DNA of 64,000 nucleotides from Candidatus Omnitrophota bacterium (GTDB lineage: Bacteria > Omnitrophota > Gorgyraeia > Zapsychrales > Zapsychraceae): contig DOGZ01000006.1 in the NCBI GenBank assembly GCA_003528115.1, positions 64,076 through 128,075 on the forward strand, written 5' to 3'. Positions within the stretch are counted from its first letter, which is position 1, and each line of letters opens with the position of its first letter. Below are positions 28,644 through 38,243 of this stretch, piece by piece. The notes beneath the pieces were generated by a model. It was not told the origin of the DNA, searched no databases, and worked only from the letters and a program-made list of their open reading frames with translations. A program made the position numbers and the translations under genes.

Positions 28644-30605
28644 TTACTTATGACGTTTATCTTTCTGACTTCTGCTGTTTGTCCCCTTGCCTCCCCTGCC
28701 CCGAACGACGCCGCGGGATGCGCTCTGCGCTTTTGGAAGGTTGTCCTTGTTTTTACGCTCGTGTTCCATGCGAAGATCACGCAAGAGGCGGGGATGCATA
28801 TAACTCTCTTGAGCGAGCGCTTTCCATGGCCGCGTCTGGCGCTCACGCTCCGACTCGGACGCCGCGTAATCATATCCGAGATCGGTACCCGCCATGACTT
28901 TAAGCATCATGATAGCTTCTTTACGAATTTTAATATTCGGGGCTTCGAGTTTCGGCACAAGGTTAACGAAGGCAAAATGATTAGCCATTGACCCGAGTTT
29001 TCGGATCGCGATACGCGCGACACTCTCATCGCTGTCATTCGCTAAACTCGCGATGGCCGTCGCTTCAGGCTCCCCCCCTGTGTGCTCCAGATAGTTCACG
29101 ATAAATCTGCGGACATGAGGGGCATGATCACCGATCGCTGATAGAACAACGTGCTTCGCTTCCACGGAGCCGAGTTTGACAAGCCCCATCATTCCCGCAA
29201 GCCGCAACGAAGAATTTTCGTCCGTTATAAACCGGCGGTAAAGGCCGACCATCGTCGGATAATCCAGCAGGCTCAAAAGAGACAGGAGTTGTCTTTTGGA
29301 AAATATATCCGCGTCCCTAACTAATTCATAGAGAAAGAGGACTGCCCTTTGGGGGGCATTACGGAAAAGGGTGTGCAAAACCGTCAGTTTCTCATCATTA
29401 TCAGCGATTTCACTTTTCAACTTGCGAGAAGCGGTCTCAAAAAAACCGTAGTCATCTATGTCATCGGTGCCCTCTTCCGTTCCTTGTTCCGCTGTGGGAA
29501 ATTCTTCCACTTCTTCTCCGGAAGATTCTTCAACGGCCGTTTTTTCTGAATTTTCCTCAAACGGGCATTCATCCAGGGTAGGCGATTCTGTGGAATCCTC
29601 CGACGAAGTTATAGGTTGAGGGACCGCAGACCTCAGGGCTTCCCGATCCTTTTCTTTCTCCCGGGCTAACCGACCCTCCTCAAGGTCTTTTTCGTACACC
29701 TCCTTGATATTCTTAAAAAGACCGACGACTTCATCGATAAGAACATCTATGCGCTTGGTTGTCTGGACCACATCCTGGTCGACCCGTGCGAGAAAATCCT
29801 CTTCGGTTTTCCATGATGTGCTTTCAGTGTTTTCGGTAAAGAATTGTTTTTTCTTTTCCATCATGAATTTTATCACCTCCCGTTTCTTCTCCATCAGTAA
29901 AGTAATCGTTTGTATCTTTTCATCCACGGCGGCCTGATAAGCCGCAGTCCTCTCACCGGTCACATGCAAAAGACCGCCAGAGATACAGTCGTTAAAATCC
30001 CTTCGGACCTCATGGAGGCTATTTGCAAGAAAACGGAGGTCGACCATCAGTTCAGTATATGGCTCCAGTTGGCCCCGCCGTTCGATACCAAGACTGTGTC
30101 GTCCTTTTTCTTCCGCAGCCGCCATTGGGCGATCGGAGCGAGAGGGCGGCGGAGTGCCGGATCCAGGCGATTTGGCCAAAAACACGTTCTTGACGCCCTT
30201 TAAAATCGCCGCCACTTTATTTTTTTGGGCTTTAGGTCTGGACGTGGCGACTGAAGGTTTGACCGCAACTTTCATCTTTGACGCTTTGGTTGGCGCTGTC
30301 CGCTGAGAGGTGGCGGAGAGGCCAAGTTTAGGTATTTCGACAGGCTCCGCGCGCCGCCTGAGCCTGTCCTGGGCCTTGGATTGAGAAAATCGAGGGGTTG
30401 GTTTCTTGTTAGAAATCTTCTGCGCGACAATATCTCGAATAAGTCTCTTGGCCTGCGTTGTTAATGCGCCGTCAGTTGGATCGAAATAGTAAGAAATAGC
30501 GCCGGCCTGAATATTCTCGTATAGCAATCTACCGAAAGAGGTAAACAGAGAATCTACCTGCGTGTCGCATTCCTTAAGAAGTTCCTGTGTCTTTTTTGTG
30601 ATCAT
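28644..30605 (-). CDS. HEAT/PBS-lyase repeat protein with coiled-coil and acidic N-terminal region
   Basis: C-terminal half has HEAT-like repeats (SSLRLAGMMGLVKLG...HVRRFIVNYLEHTG...ESVARIAIRKLG...IKIRKEAIMMLKVMAG). Confidence 0.55.
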   Translation of the reverse strand: MITKKTQELLKECDTQVDSLFTSFGRLLYENIQAGAISYYFDPTDGALTTQAKRLIRDIVAQKISNKKPTPRFSQSKAQDRLRRRAEPVEIPKLGLSATSQRTAPTKASKMKVAVKPSVATSRPKAQKNKVAAILKGVKNVFLAKSPGSGTPPPSRSDRPMAAAEEKGRHSLGIERRGQLEPYTELMVDLRFLANSLHEVRRDFNDCISGGLLHVTGERTAAYQAAVDEKIQTITLLMEKKREVIKFMMEKKKQFFTENTESTSWKTEEDFLARVDQDVVQTTKRIDVLIDEVVGLFKNIKEVYEKDLEEGRLAREKEKDREALRSAVPQPITSSEDSTESPTLDECPFEENSEKTAVEESSGEEVEEFPTAEQGTEEGTDDIDDYGFFETASRKLKSEIADNDEKLTVLHTLFRNAPQRAVLFLYELVRDADIFSKRQLLSLLSLLDYPTMVGLYRRFITDENSSLRLAGMMGLVKLGSVEAKHVVLSAIGDHAPHVRRFIVNYLEHTGGEPEATAIASLANDSDESVARIAIRKLGSMANHFAFVNLVPKLEAPNIKIRKEAIMMLKVMAGTDLGYDYAASESERERQTRPWKALAQESYMHPRLLRDLRMEHERKNKDNLPKAQSASRGVVRGRGGKGTNSRSQKDKRHK

Positions 30606-30626
30606 AATTTTTAAGTACTAGACCCT

Positions 30627-31127
30627 CTACACGTCCTTTACATCCTCGGTCATTTTTTCGATTTCTTTTTCAAGATCAACGTTGACCGGCGCCTCTTTTT
30701 TAACAGTTGTTTTGTTCCCAACCTTCTTAACCTGGCCTTTAGCTTTTCCCTTAATCATACCCTTGGCTTCTTTCTTCACCATCTTCGCCGGCGAAGAAAG
30801 AGAAGAAATTTCTTTTTTTTCTTGGCTTTCTTTCCTAGTTTTACTCTCGGCATGGCCTGTTTCGACGGATTCCATCCCCGCCTTAAAGGACTCCCCCATA
30901 TCTTTCGTGCTTTTCTTAACGGTCTTTTCCACCTTTTGAAACACGTCCCCGGCCTTCTCGCCGACCGTCTCACACAACTCCTGTGTTACGGAGACCATCT
31001 CTTTCCAAGGTTTCGTTTTCGCGACCTTGCCGAGCCCCATGACCTTCCGACAAAGGGTCCCTGTGCCGTAAGCAACGCTTTTCATGAAATTTTTTCCTAC
31101 AGCCTTTTTACTTTTTTCTTTTGTCAT
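30627..31127 (-). CDS. Lys-rich hypothetical protein
   Basis: 166 aa, about 25% Lys, no recognisable fold. Confidence 0.35.
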   Translation of the reverse strand: MTKEKSKKAVGKNFMKSVAYGTGTLCRKVMGLGKVAKTKPWKEMVSVTQELCETVGEKAGDVFQKVEKTVKKSTKDMGESFKAGMESVETGHAESKTRKESQEKKEISSLSSPAKMVKKEAKGMIKGKAKGQVKKVGNKTTVKKEAPVNVDLEKEIEKMTEDVKDV

Positions 31128-32386
31128 GCCGCCACCCCTTTTCGTCCCGGTATGAGTTTTTTTAATGCCTTCTCAGCCGCTTTTTTGACCTCTTCCTCTC
31201 TATCTGAAAGCAAATTTTTAATCGTAGTAAGCGCTCCTTCAGGCTTAACAACCGATAGCATTTCAATCAGGCTGATGCGTACATACGGACTCTCATCCGT
31301 CCATGCCATGATGGCCTTCCTGATGCCTTCCTCTCCGTGATAAATCCCCAGATACGTCACGGCCAGCCCTCGGATATGTTGATCGCTGTCCTTGAGGAAT
31401 CTTTCAAGGATCTTGCGGTACTTATCGCTCCCATGTCTCCCGAGGCTCTTAATCGCCGCTATCCTGACCTTCGCGTCGGGATCGCTTAAGCCTAATTCAA
31501 GAAAATCTTTACTCTCACCTTCCTTCATCCGAGAGATATTCTTTATTACCGCCAATCGAACACGGCTGCTGACATCCTTCATAGCAAATTCGTACACTTT
31601 TCGGAGAGCCTCTTTCCCAGTAACATGCGCAATCTGACTGACGCATATTTCGCGCTCGCGCTCGTTGCCCTTCTTAAGATGCTCAAGGTTTTTTTTAAAA
31701 AGTTTTTTTTCCGCATCAGAAGCAAAAATTGCCGTTTGGAAAATATTTTCAAGGATATCTTCGTCCCCAAATCCCTCTCGTGCAAGCGGGACGCTCCTCA
31801 CGCTTTCTTCTGCGACGGCCCTCTTCACTGCAACTTCTGCGGACACGCATTCCTCAGTGGCTGCCGCCGCGTTCTCCGCAGAAGGCAAGGATTCTTCTAC
31901 GACGTTCTGGACTGCGCCCGGTGAAACGAAGTTTTTTTGTTCCTCCTTCTCGGGCTCAAGCACCTTCTCGCATCGAGACGCCTCTTTATCAGATTCTTCT
32001 TCAACAACTTCTGAATCCTCCGTCTCGATGGGCTCTTCAGGATCCTCTACTTTTGGGGGTTCCTCTCCTTGTGAAGTTTCCTCTTCCACCGGTCGTTTTT
32101 CTTCCTCTTCAACTTCACTTTCCCCCACGGGATGCTCGTCGTCGTAAATCTCTTCAAACTTCTGTATCCTCTCCTGTAAATAATCCAAAAGTCTTACGAG
32201 TTTTTCCACCTCTTTTTCTTTCGCTTCCCCTTCAGAGGTGCCGAGGAACCGTACATCCTGAGATTTATAAAAATGATACATTATTTCTCCAAACAAGAAA
32301 ATTAATTTCTTCTGTTTGAGCTTTATTTCTTGTAAGTGTTGCGCCATCAAGTTTCTCCTTTTATTGTCACAGCCATACTCTTTCAA
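31124..32386 (-). CDS. HEAT-repeat protein with acidic Glu/Asp-rich segment
   Basis: HEAT-like repeats (VRLAVIKNISRM...AKVRIAAIKSLGRHG...QHIRGLAVTYLG...PYVRISLIEMLS...EEVKKAAEKALKKL). Confidence 0.55.
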   Translation of the reverse strand: MKEYGCDNKRRNLMAQHLQEIKLKQKKLIFLFGEIMYHFYKSQDVRFLGTSEGEAKEKEVEKLVRLLDYLQERIQKFEEIYDDEHPVGESEVEEEEKRPVEEETSQGEEPPKVEDPEEPIETEDSEVVEEESDKEASRCEKVLEPEKEEQKNFVSPGAVQNVVEESLPSAENAAAATEECVSAEVAVKRAVAEESVRSVPLAREGFGDEDILENIFQTAIFASDAEKKLFKKNLEHLKKGNEREREICVSQIAHVTGKEALRKVYEFAMKDVSSRVRLAVIKNISRMKEGESKDFLELGLSDPDAKVRIAAIKSLGRHGSDKYRKILERFLKDSDQHIRGLAVTYLGIYHGEEGIRKAIMAWTDESPYVRISLIEMLSVVKPEGALTTIKNLLSDREEEVKKAAEKALKKLIPGRKGVAA

Positions 32387-33269
32387 TTATCCTATGCGTT
32401 CCTAGGGCTAAAACGGCATACAACATAAACGCCAGGATAGAAGCGGATGATGTCATATTCATGATCATCGTTGTCAGAAGCGTCAAAGGTTTTTGTAATA
32501 GGGCTCCCCAGGCATGCGCGAGGTTTACGAAATACACATTATTCACCGCCTCACTCCTCGGCAGGGAATCAACGGTGTTTAACCATGCCTGCCATGCGGC
32601 GTGCTCCTCTGCGGTTAGCCGCTTAACCCGCGACGGTTTCTCAAACTGCGCAACCTGGACCTTCCAGCCCTCGTCTAAAAGAAGCTCATCTTTCATCTCC
32701 ACGAAATCTTCCGTCAACCCCTTAACAAATATCCTGCTTTCATAATCCGTAATCACAACCTGTTTTCCTTTGAACTGAACGCCAAAAGCTGTACCCCTTA
32801 CGCCGGCAATGGCCACCGGCGTACGCACCTCGAAGGTCGAACCTTTCTCGAGTTGATTCAACTTTAGCATAATTTCCCCTTTATCCATGAACAGATTCGT
32901 CTGCTTCTTTATCCTGGCGCTTTCGAGGACGACCCTGGAATTAGCGCCAATCCTCATGACATCCTTCCTCATGTCATCATAAGCCACTTCGACAAAAGAA
33001 CCATCGTCCGTCGTAATTTTATCCTGCGCGTTCAAAAACATGCCGACCTTCGGTGTTATTTTTTCATCAGCACGCTCGATCAAAACAGCACCTGACATCC
33101 TCAGGATATGGGCGTGATCCGGTGAATCATTGTAAAGAAAATTGACCGCCAAAAGGATTGCCAAAAGCGCGCCCCCAATTCTAATAAAAAGAGAATATCG
33201 CTCCATCAGTGAATCTTCCATTAATATCGGTCGGCTTTTCGCATGATTGACTGCCATTATTTTCCCCAT
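32367..33269 (-). CDS. FecR-domain membrane-anchored protein
   Basis: N-terminal TM, then FecR-like beta-rich region (VEVAYDDMRKDVMRIGANSRVVLE...FEVRTPVAIAGVRGTAFGVQ). Confidence 0.5.
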   Translation of the reverse strand: MGKIMAVNHAKSRPILMEDSLMERYSLFIRIGGALLAILLAVNFLYNDSPDHAHILRMSGAVLIERADEKITPKVGMFLNAQDKITTDDGSFVEVAYDDMRKDVMRIGANSRVVLESARIKKQTNLFMDKGEIMLKLNQLEKGSTFEVRTPVAIAGVRGTAFGVQFKGKQVVITDYESRIFVKGLTEDFVEMKDELLLDEGWKVQVAQFEKPSRVKRLTAEEHAAWQAWLNTVDSLPRSEAVNNVYFVNLAHAWGALLQKPLTLLTTMIMNMTSSASILAFMLYAVLALGTHRIIERVWL

Positions 33270-33967
33270 AACATCTTCGAAAGCAGCGAGTTATCTTTGG
33301 ACTTCCCCTTTCCCTTTACTTTACTTTTCGCTGCAGGCACCTCATCTTCCGGCTCTACGATCCCATCGGATACTTCAGACTGTTCTTCAGCCAGCATCAC
33401 TGGTTCGGCCTCCCCCGAAGAAAAATATTTCTTTTGAGGATCAACTCCAACTCCCCGCAACTGAAAATTAAATTTAAAATCCTTCAACTCAAAAACGCGC
33501 TCAAGTTCAGCTTTAAGGACTTCCTCAATTTGGTTTAATTCCTGGTAAATCGAGGAAACGCCGTCAAGAGCGATGGCGATTTGAATCTCGATCTGTGTCC
33601 CTTTGCGTTCGAAATCAACGCCGATATCGCTCGCGCACGGATTCTGCTCGACGATCTGCTGGATAAAATTTCTGATTGCCGTCTGAGGAACATTTAAAGC
33701 TTTCCCGTTCTTTTCAACCTCGATCATTTGGGGTGCCGGTTTAGCCCTAGAGGAGATGACCAGAAGGATAAATCCTAAAAGGACAAAAAATAACCCTACC
33801 CCGGAAATTGTCGCGAGGGCTTTCGGAACCGCGATCAAATGACTATAAAACGCCCCAAGCCTCTCCGGGGAGAGACGGCCTAATCCGAAGGCGATAAGCA
33901 CGAGACCTTCTAACATGCAGAGCGTCGCCGCAAACACCATAAATATTTTTATAAAAAAAGATTTCAT
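33257..33967 (-). CDS. hypothetical membrane protein (2 N-terminal TM helices, acidic C-terminal tail)
   Basis: 236 aa. Possible Asp23/AmaP-like architecture (weak). Confidence 0.3.
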   Translation of the reverse strand: MKSFFIKIFMVFAATLCMLEGLVLIAFGLGRLSPERLGAFYSHLIAVPKALATISGVGLFFVLLGFILLVISSRAKPAPQMIEVEKNGKALNVPQTAIRNFIQQIVEQNPCASDIGVDFERKGTQIEIQIAIALDGVSSIYQELNQIEEVLKAELERVFELKDFKFNFQLRGVGVDPQKKYFSSGEAEPVMLAEEQSEVSDGIVEPEDEVPAAKSKVKGKGKSKDNSLLSKMLWGK

Positions 33968-33979
33968 CTCAATTCTTTC

Positions 33980-34324
33980 CTAAAGATCAAAAAGCAGCTC
34001 GCGGCACGACGGAGGGGTCTTAAGGCCCCCCTGCTTCTTCTCAATCCTTTCCTCAATGACTTTGGCTATCTTTTTGATATCCGCTTTGGGGCGCTGCGTA
34101 TCCTGCCGGCCTAGTTTGATCGCGGCCACTAAAGACAGGACCTTAACCATCTCCGCAAAAGACATCGCCTCGCAGATTTGATGGATGTCCTCCCGGAGAG
34201 TCGTATCAACGTCGAGACCATCCAACGCTCGGACGAATGGCGAGTTTTTATCGAGCTTACTGATTCCCGCCCGCGCGGCCTCGCTCAAAAAGGAGACCAG
34301 TTGTTGCTTGAGTTGTGCCTTCAT
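33980..34324 (-). CDS. hypothetical protein
   Basis: 114-aa ORF in the same minus-strand gene string. Confidence 0.3.
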   Translation of the reverse strand: MKAQLKQQLVSFLSEAARAGISKLDKNSPFVRALDGLDVDTTLREDIHQICEAMSFAEMVKVLSLVAAIKLGRQDTQRPKADIKKIAKVIEERIEKKQGGLKTPPSCRELLFDL

Positions 34325-34452
34325 GATAATCAGGAGTTCGTGCGGAAAATACTCTCTTTAAATTCGTTGACTTTTTTTTGACTATCCCACCAAGACATCA
34401 TAATCTTTATCATAAACGACGAAAAGGCGCTAATCACAGTTAGAGCACGAAT

Positions 34453-35058
34453 TTATTTGGGTTGCCCAATAGGCGTAAAGCCTTCCATCTCACCTTCTCC
34501 GATTGTAAGAACACCTTGTTTTTTTCTCGAACTCCGCATGAAAGAAATCTTATAATCTTTTTCCGGAGGGGCCTTGGCAACAAGATCCTGGAAATGCGCA
34601 AGGCTGGTAATCTTTTTTGTATCAAATGAGAGGAGAATATCCCCGGCCTTTAATCCTGCCTTGTCCGCCCATGAATTCCCCATCACGCCGGTGATTTTGA
34701 CCTTGCCTCCACCAACGGGGATGACCTCAGCACCCATTTGTTTTATAAGCACAGGCGCCTGCTGTCCCGGGAAAAGAACCGGTGCGCCGGCCATCGCTGC
34801 CTGCTGCATCATGCCGCCCTGATAGGGATAATACCCTTGACCACCCTGGTTAGGGTAATACCCTTGACCCTGTTGCGGTAGCGGATAATACGCGGCAGGT
34901 GAATACGCGCTTTGCTTCAACATGTCCGCCGTGGTTATCTCATGCAACGTTTCTTCAACCGCATACTGTGCCCTATCGTTACTAAAGAGCGCTATAACGA
35001 GCATGACGAGAAACGCCACCCCACATATACTTATAATAACTTCCTTCTTCATCATCAC
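34453..35058 (-). CDS. PDZ-domain protein with Gln/Gly/Tyr-rich low-complexity segment
   Basis: N-terminal TM. QGQGYYPNQGGQGYYPYQGG repeat. PDZ core (GAEVIPVGGGKVKITGVMGNSWADKAGLKAGDILLSFD). Confidence 0.55.
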   Translation of the reverse strand: MMMKKEVIISICGVAFLVMLVIALFSNDRAQYAVEETLHEITTADMLKQSAYSPAAYYPLPQQGQGYYPNQGGQGYYPYQGGMMQQAAMAGAPVLFPGQQAPVLIKQMGAEVIPVGGGKVKITGVMGNSWADKAGLKAGDILLSFDTKKITSLAHFQDLVAKAPPEKDYKISFMRSSRKKQGVLTIGEGEMEGFTPIGQPK

Positions 35059-35116
35059 TCCTTTTTATCAGAAAGCCTTCAGCTTTCATCTGGAGGCTAA
35101 TAACGATTACCGCTAA

Positions 35117-35299
35117 TTACGTGCCTTGCGGGTGATCCTGACGGCCTAACAAAAAATAAAGGATCATCCCTATCAAGGGCAGAATAAAAATCAGTACGCT
35201 CCAGAGAATTTTTTTTGCCATCGGCAGATATCCACGTAACACATCCACAATGACGCCAATCACCAGAAGAACGTAAAAAACGCCTAATAAAGATTCCAT
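35117..35299 (-). CDS. PLDc_N-like small membrane protein
   Basis: 60 aa, two TM, pattern resembling the PLD-nuclease N-terminal (PLDc_N) family (ILWSVLIFILPLIGMILYFLLGR). Confidence 0.45.
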   Translation of the reverse strand: MESLLGVFYVLLVIGVIVDVLRGYLPMAKKILWSVLIFILPLIGMILYFLLGRQDHPQGT

Positions 35300-35333
35300 G
35301 GCTTTCCCTCCTTCTTTTTATTGTTGTTGATCC

Positions 35334-36347
35334 TTACGGCGCTAAAAATAATTTTATGGCAAGCACTACCAAAATAATTACGAACAAATAAAGCGTTACT
35401 TTCGTATTTAGCTTCGGCGCAATGCGCGCGCCGGCCTGGGCGCCAGCCACTACACCAATCCCCATCCAAAGGGCCTCGGCATACATGACATTACCCAAAA
35501 AAACATGGGGCAAAAGAGCGATCGCGCAGGTAAGCAGCGTTACAAAATGGCTCGTCGCCGTGGCGACATGCGAAGGATAATTCAAAAGAAAAATCAGAAT
35601 CGGCACCTGAAACACGCCTCCGCCGATACCTAAAAACCCGCAAAAAAAACCCAGCAAAATGTTCATCGATATGCCCAGTCCATCGTTCGCGTAAAAATCA
35701 TACTTGACACCGAATTGGTCGATGAATTTCACCCGTCGGAACCCTGAGGCCTTAGCTTCTTTAAGATATTTCTGCTTTTGATCGGTTGTCTTATCTATCC
35801 TGCCGACGCTAAAAAAAGTATACACGGCTAAAAAAATCAAAAAGATTCCGAAGATATGGTCAAAAAACGTAAGATTAACAAGATGATGGGTAAAGCTGGA
35901 TATCAGGGCTCCCGGCATTGCTGCGAGCGTAAACTTTATACCGCCCGTATAATCTATCCTTTTTTGCGCGGCATATCCGGCGCATCCGGATGAGGCGTTT
36001 AATAAGACGATAAAAAGCGATGTGGCAACAAGAAGCTCATTCTCCCACCCATAAAAGAAAACCAAAAGCGGCAGAATAATGGGTCCCCCGCCTATTCCGA
36101 CGATCGTTCCATAACAGCCGATAGCCAAACCCGTTATAAGTAAAATCCACCAGGCCGGTTGATCAGCAGCGACGGTCGGGGAGAGCTGTCCAGCCGGTTG
36201 CGCGATGGCCGGAATCTGCAGAGACGGCGGGACACGCGATGTGGATGAGCTAAACATCGCAAAAAGGGCAAGGATCACGAACAAACCCGTGAGACCTATC
36301 TTTGTATAATCTGTCCAATCGTATACAACCTCATTCTTAACGCGCAT
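35334..36347 (-). CDS. TauE/SafE-family membrane protein (stand-alone MamO-C-terminal-like)
   Basis: Duplicated TauE-type Gly-rich helices (GTIVGIGGGPIILPLLVFFYG ... GFLGIGGGVFQVPILIF). In magnetosome clusters of some lineages the TauE half of MamO is a separate gene. Confidence 0.6.
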   Translation of the reverse strand: MRVKNEVVYDWTDYTKIGLTGLFVILALFAMFSSSTSRVPPSLQIPAIAQPAGQLSPTVAADQPAWWILLITGLAIGCYGTIVGIGGGPIILPLLVFFYGWENELLVATSLFIVLLNASSGCAGYAAQKRIDYTGGIKFTLAAMPGALISSFTHHLVNLTFFDHIFGIFLIFLAVYTFFSVGRIDKTTDQKQKYLKEAKASGFRRVKFIDQFGVKYDFYANDGLGISMNILLGFFCGFLGIGGGVFQVPILIFLLNYPSHVATATSHFVTLLTCAIALLPHVFLGNVMYAEALWMGIGVVAGAQAGARIAPKLNTKVTLYLFVIILVVLAIKLFLAP

Positions 36348-36360
36348 GCTGTAAATCTCC

Positions 36361-38163
36361 TTAAGGGATGATGCTTAAAAATATAATGTAAAAAGTCGAG
36401 AGCACAAGAATGACAATCGTTATCGGTATTCCCAGACGGCTGTAATTAGCGAAGGTCAGGCCTTCCTTTTTCTTCTGATCCGTCCCCAGTTCCTCAGCAA
36501 GAGTCTGAGCTATGATGCCCGCGCTGGCGCCTGAAATACACGCGCAGGCCCCTGCTATTGATCCTAAATTTAAAGCCCACCACACAACATCCGTAAAATC
36601 CGCGAATCCTGAATGCATGACAATAGGGACAAGAAACGCCGATGCCGGTCCGGAGCTCATCAGCGCCGTAAGAAGCGTCGTTACCAACATCAAAAAGATC
36701 GGATACAGAATCTTATTGCCCATCGACATCGCGATGAGACCATCAGAAACAACCTTTAGAAGTCCGGAGTACAACGCGCCGCCGACGATCAAAAAGAGCG
36801 CGAAAAAGAATAATATGTCCGTGAGGCTTATCTTTTTTATCACCTCTTTGGCCTTTTGGTTCTCGATGGCCAAAAGGATAAAAGCACCGCCCATGGCTAT
36901 CGGCGCAAGATGTATCTTAAAACTCGGTAAAACTATAAAGGCCAGAAGAACACACCCCAAGATAAAAAGGACTCTTTTAATGTTAGGCCAATCCATCTTC
37001 ATGGCGCCAACTTCTTGTTCGACTTTGCTGAGGAATGCTTTCTCCAGTTTAAGAGACTTGACTTTTCCCTTATGCCGCAACTCGAAAAACCACAGATACC
37101 AGAGAAAAACAGCTAAAAACACAGCGCATATAGGTCCCATGACGATGAGAAAATCCATGAACGTTAATCCCGCGCTCGAGGCCATCAGCATATTGGAAAA
37201 ATCTCCAATCGGGGTAATGTTTCCGCCGATAACGGAAGAAATGATTTCAGCAATAACAACGGTGACAGGCTCGAAGTTCAATCCCCGCGAGGCATAAATT
37301 GTTATGGGAATAATGACCAAAATAACCGACATATTGTTAACCAGCGCTGACGCGATAAAGGTCATGATACACAAAGAGAGGATCACCTTGACGGAGTCGG
37401 CTTTTGACGTGATGATGATTTTCTTTGAAACATACTCAAAAAACCGTAAATCCTCGAGAAATATGGTGAAAATACTCATTCCCATAAAGATGAAAATCGG
37501 GCTCATCCGGATAGAGTCGAACGCCTCGGTTTGGTTATAAAAACCAAAAACCGAACCGGCGACCAGCATAAGGACCGCGCCCAGCGTCACACACACCGTA
37601 CGATTAAAGAGATTTAAGAAAAGCATGGAAAAGGTAATAAAGACAATCACCAGGACGACTAATATATCCCTGCCATTGGGCCCAAAGATGTCGATGCCGG
37701 CATGGACGGGAATTTTATCGGCCATATTCATGATTCTGCCATTACGCCAAATAACAAAGCTGACCTTCTCACTTGGCTTACTCTGTGACATCAAATACGC
37801 GAGGTGATTGGCGGACTGGACATCAACGCCATTGTATTCGAGGATCACATCCCCGCGCCTGATATCGATAAGACGCCTGGCCGACCCTTTCGGGACATTG
37901 TTCACTAAAACCCCGCCCACATTAGAGAGATTAAATTCCTTGGCGATGATGGTATTGACGGTAATGACATCAAATTCAAGGGCATTGGTGCCGCCGGATT
38001 GAACCAGACGCGGTTTGCTGGATCGAGGCATATTTCTGGTATCTATAAAAAGCGCCGCGAGCACAACAATGACAACCAGGGCAATGGCCGCCTCCATAAA
38101 CGGAAAACTCTTGAAACGCTCCAATTTATCTTTTTGCAAAGATCTTGACCTACTCAAAGCCAT
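36361..38163 (-). CDS. PDZ domain fused to ArsB/NhaD-superfamily ion permease (MamN-like)
   Basis: N-terminal TM plus PDZ (GGVLVNNVPKGSARRLIDIRRGDVILEYNGVDV). C-terminal ~440 aa polytopic permease with ArsB/NhaD-like motifs (NITPIGDFSNMLMASSAGL..., GSIAGACACISGASAGIIAQ). Confidence 0.55.
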   Translation of the reverse strand: MALSRSRSLQKDKLERFKSFPFMEAAIALVVIVVLAALFIDTRNMPRSSKPRLVQSGGTNALEFDVITVNTIIAKEFNLSNVGGVLVNNVPKGSARRLIDIRRGDVILEYNGVDVQSANHLAYLMSQSKPSEKVSFVIWRNGRIMNMADKIPVHAGIDIFGPNGRDILVVLVIVFITFSMLFLNLFNRTVCVTLGAVLMLVAGSVFGFYNQTEAFDSIRMSPIFIFMGMSIFTIFLEDLRFFEYVSKKIIITSKADSVKVILSLCIMTFIASALVNNMSVILVIIPITIYASRGLNFEPVTVVIAEIISSVIGGNITPIGDFSNMLMASSAGLTFMDFLIVMGPICAVFLAVFLWYLWFFELRHKGKVKSLKLEKAFLSKVEQEVGAMKMDWPNIKRVLFILGCVLLAFIVLPSFKIHLAPIAMGGAFILLAIENQKAKEVIKKISLTDILFFFALFLIVGGALYSGLLKVVSDGLIAMSMGNKILYPIFLMLVTTLLTALMSSGPASAFLVPIVMHSGFADFTDVVWWALNLGSIAGACACISGASAGIIAQTLAEELGTDQKKKEGLTFANYSRLGIPITIVILVLSTFYIIFLSIIP

Positions 38164-38243
38164 TGTTTTCTCCCGTCATTTTTCCTCATTTCCTTTTATG
38201 TGTGAAGGGAATGACCTGCCTCACCTGATTCGGCGGCCTCTCA

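Noticed and set aside
28636-28873. N-terminal 79 aa of the ORF-track 202-aa frame overlapping the C-terminus of the HEAT-repeat gene in another frame
   Set aside because: It is an alternative-frame read-through of the upstream gene. A downstream ATG at 28636 gives a non-overlapping start. There is no evidence for a programmed frameshift.
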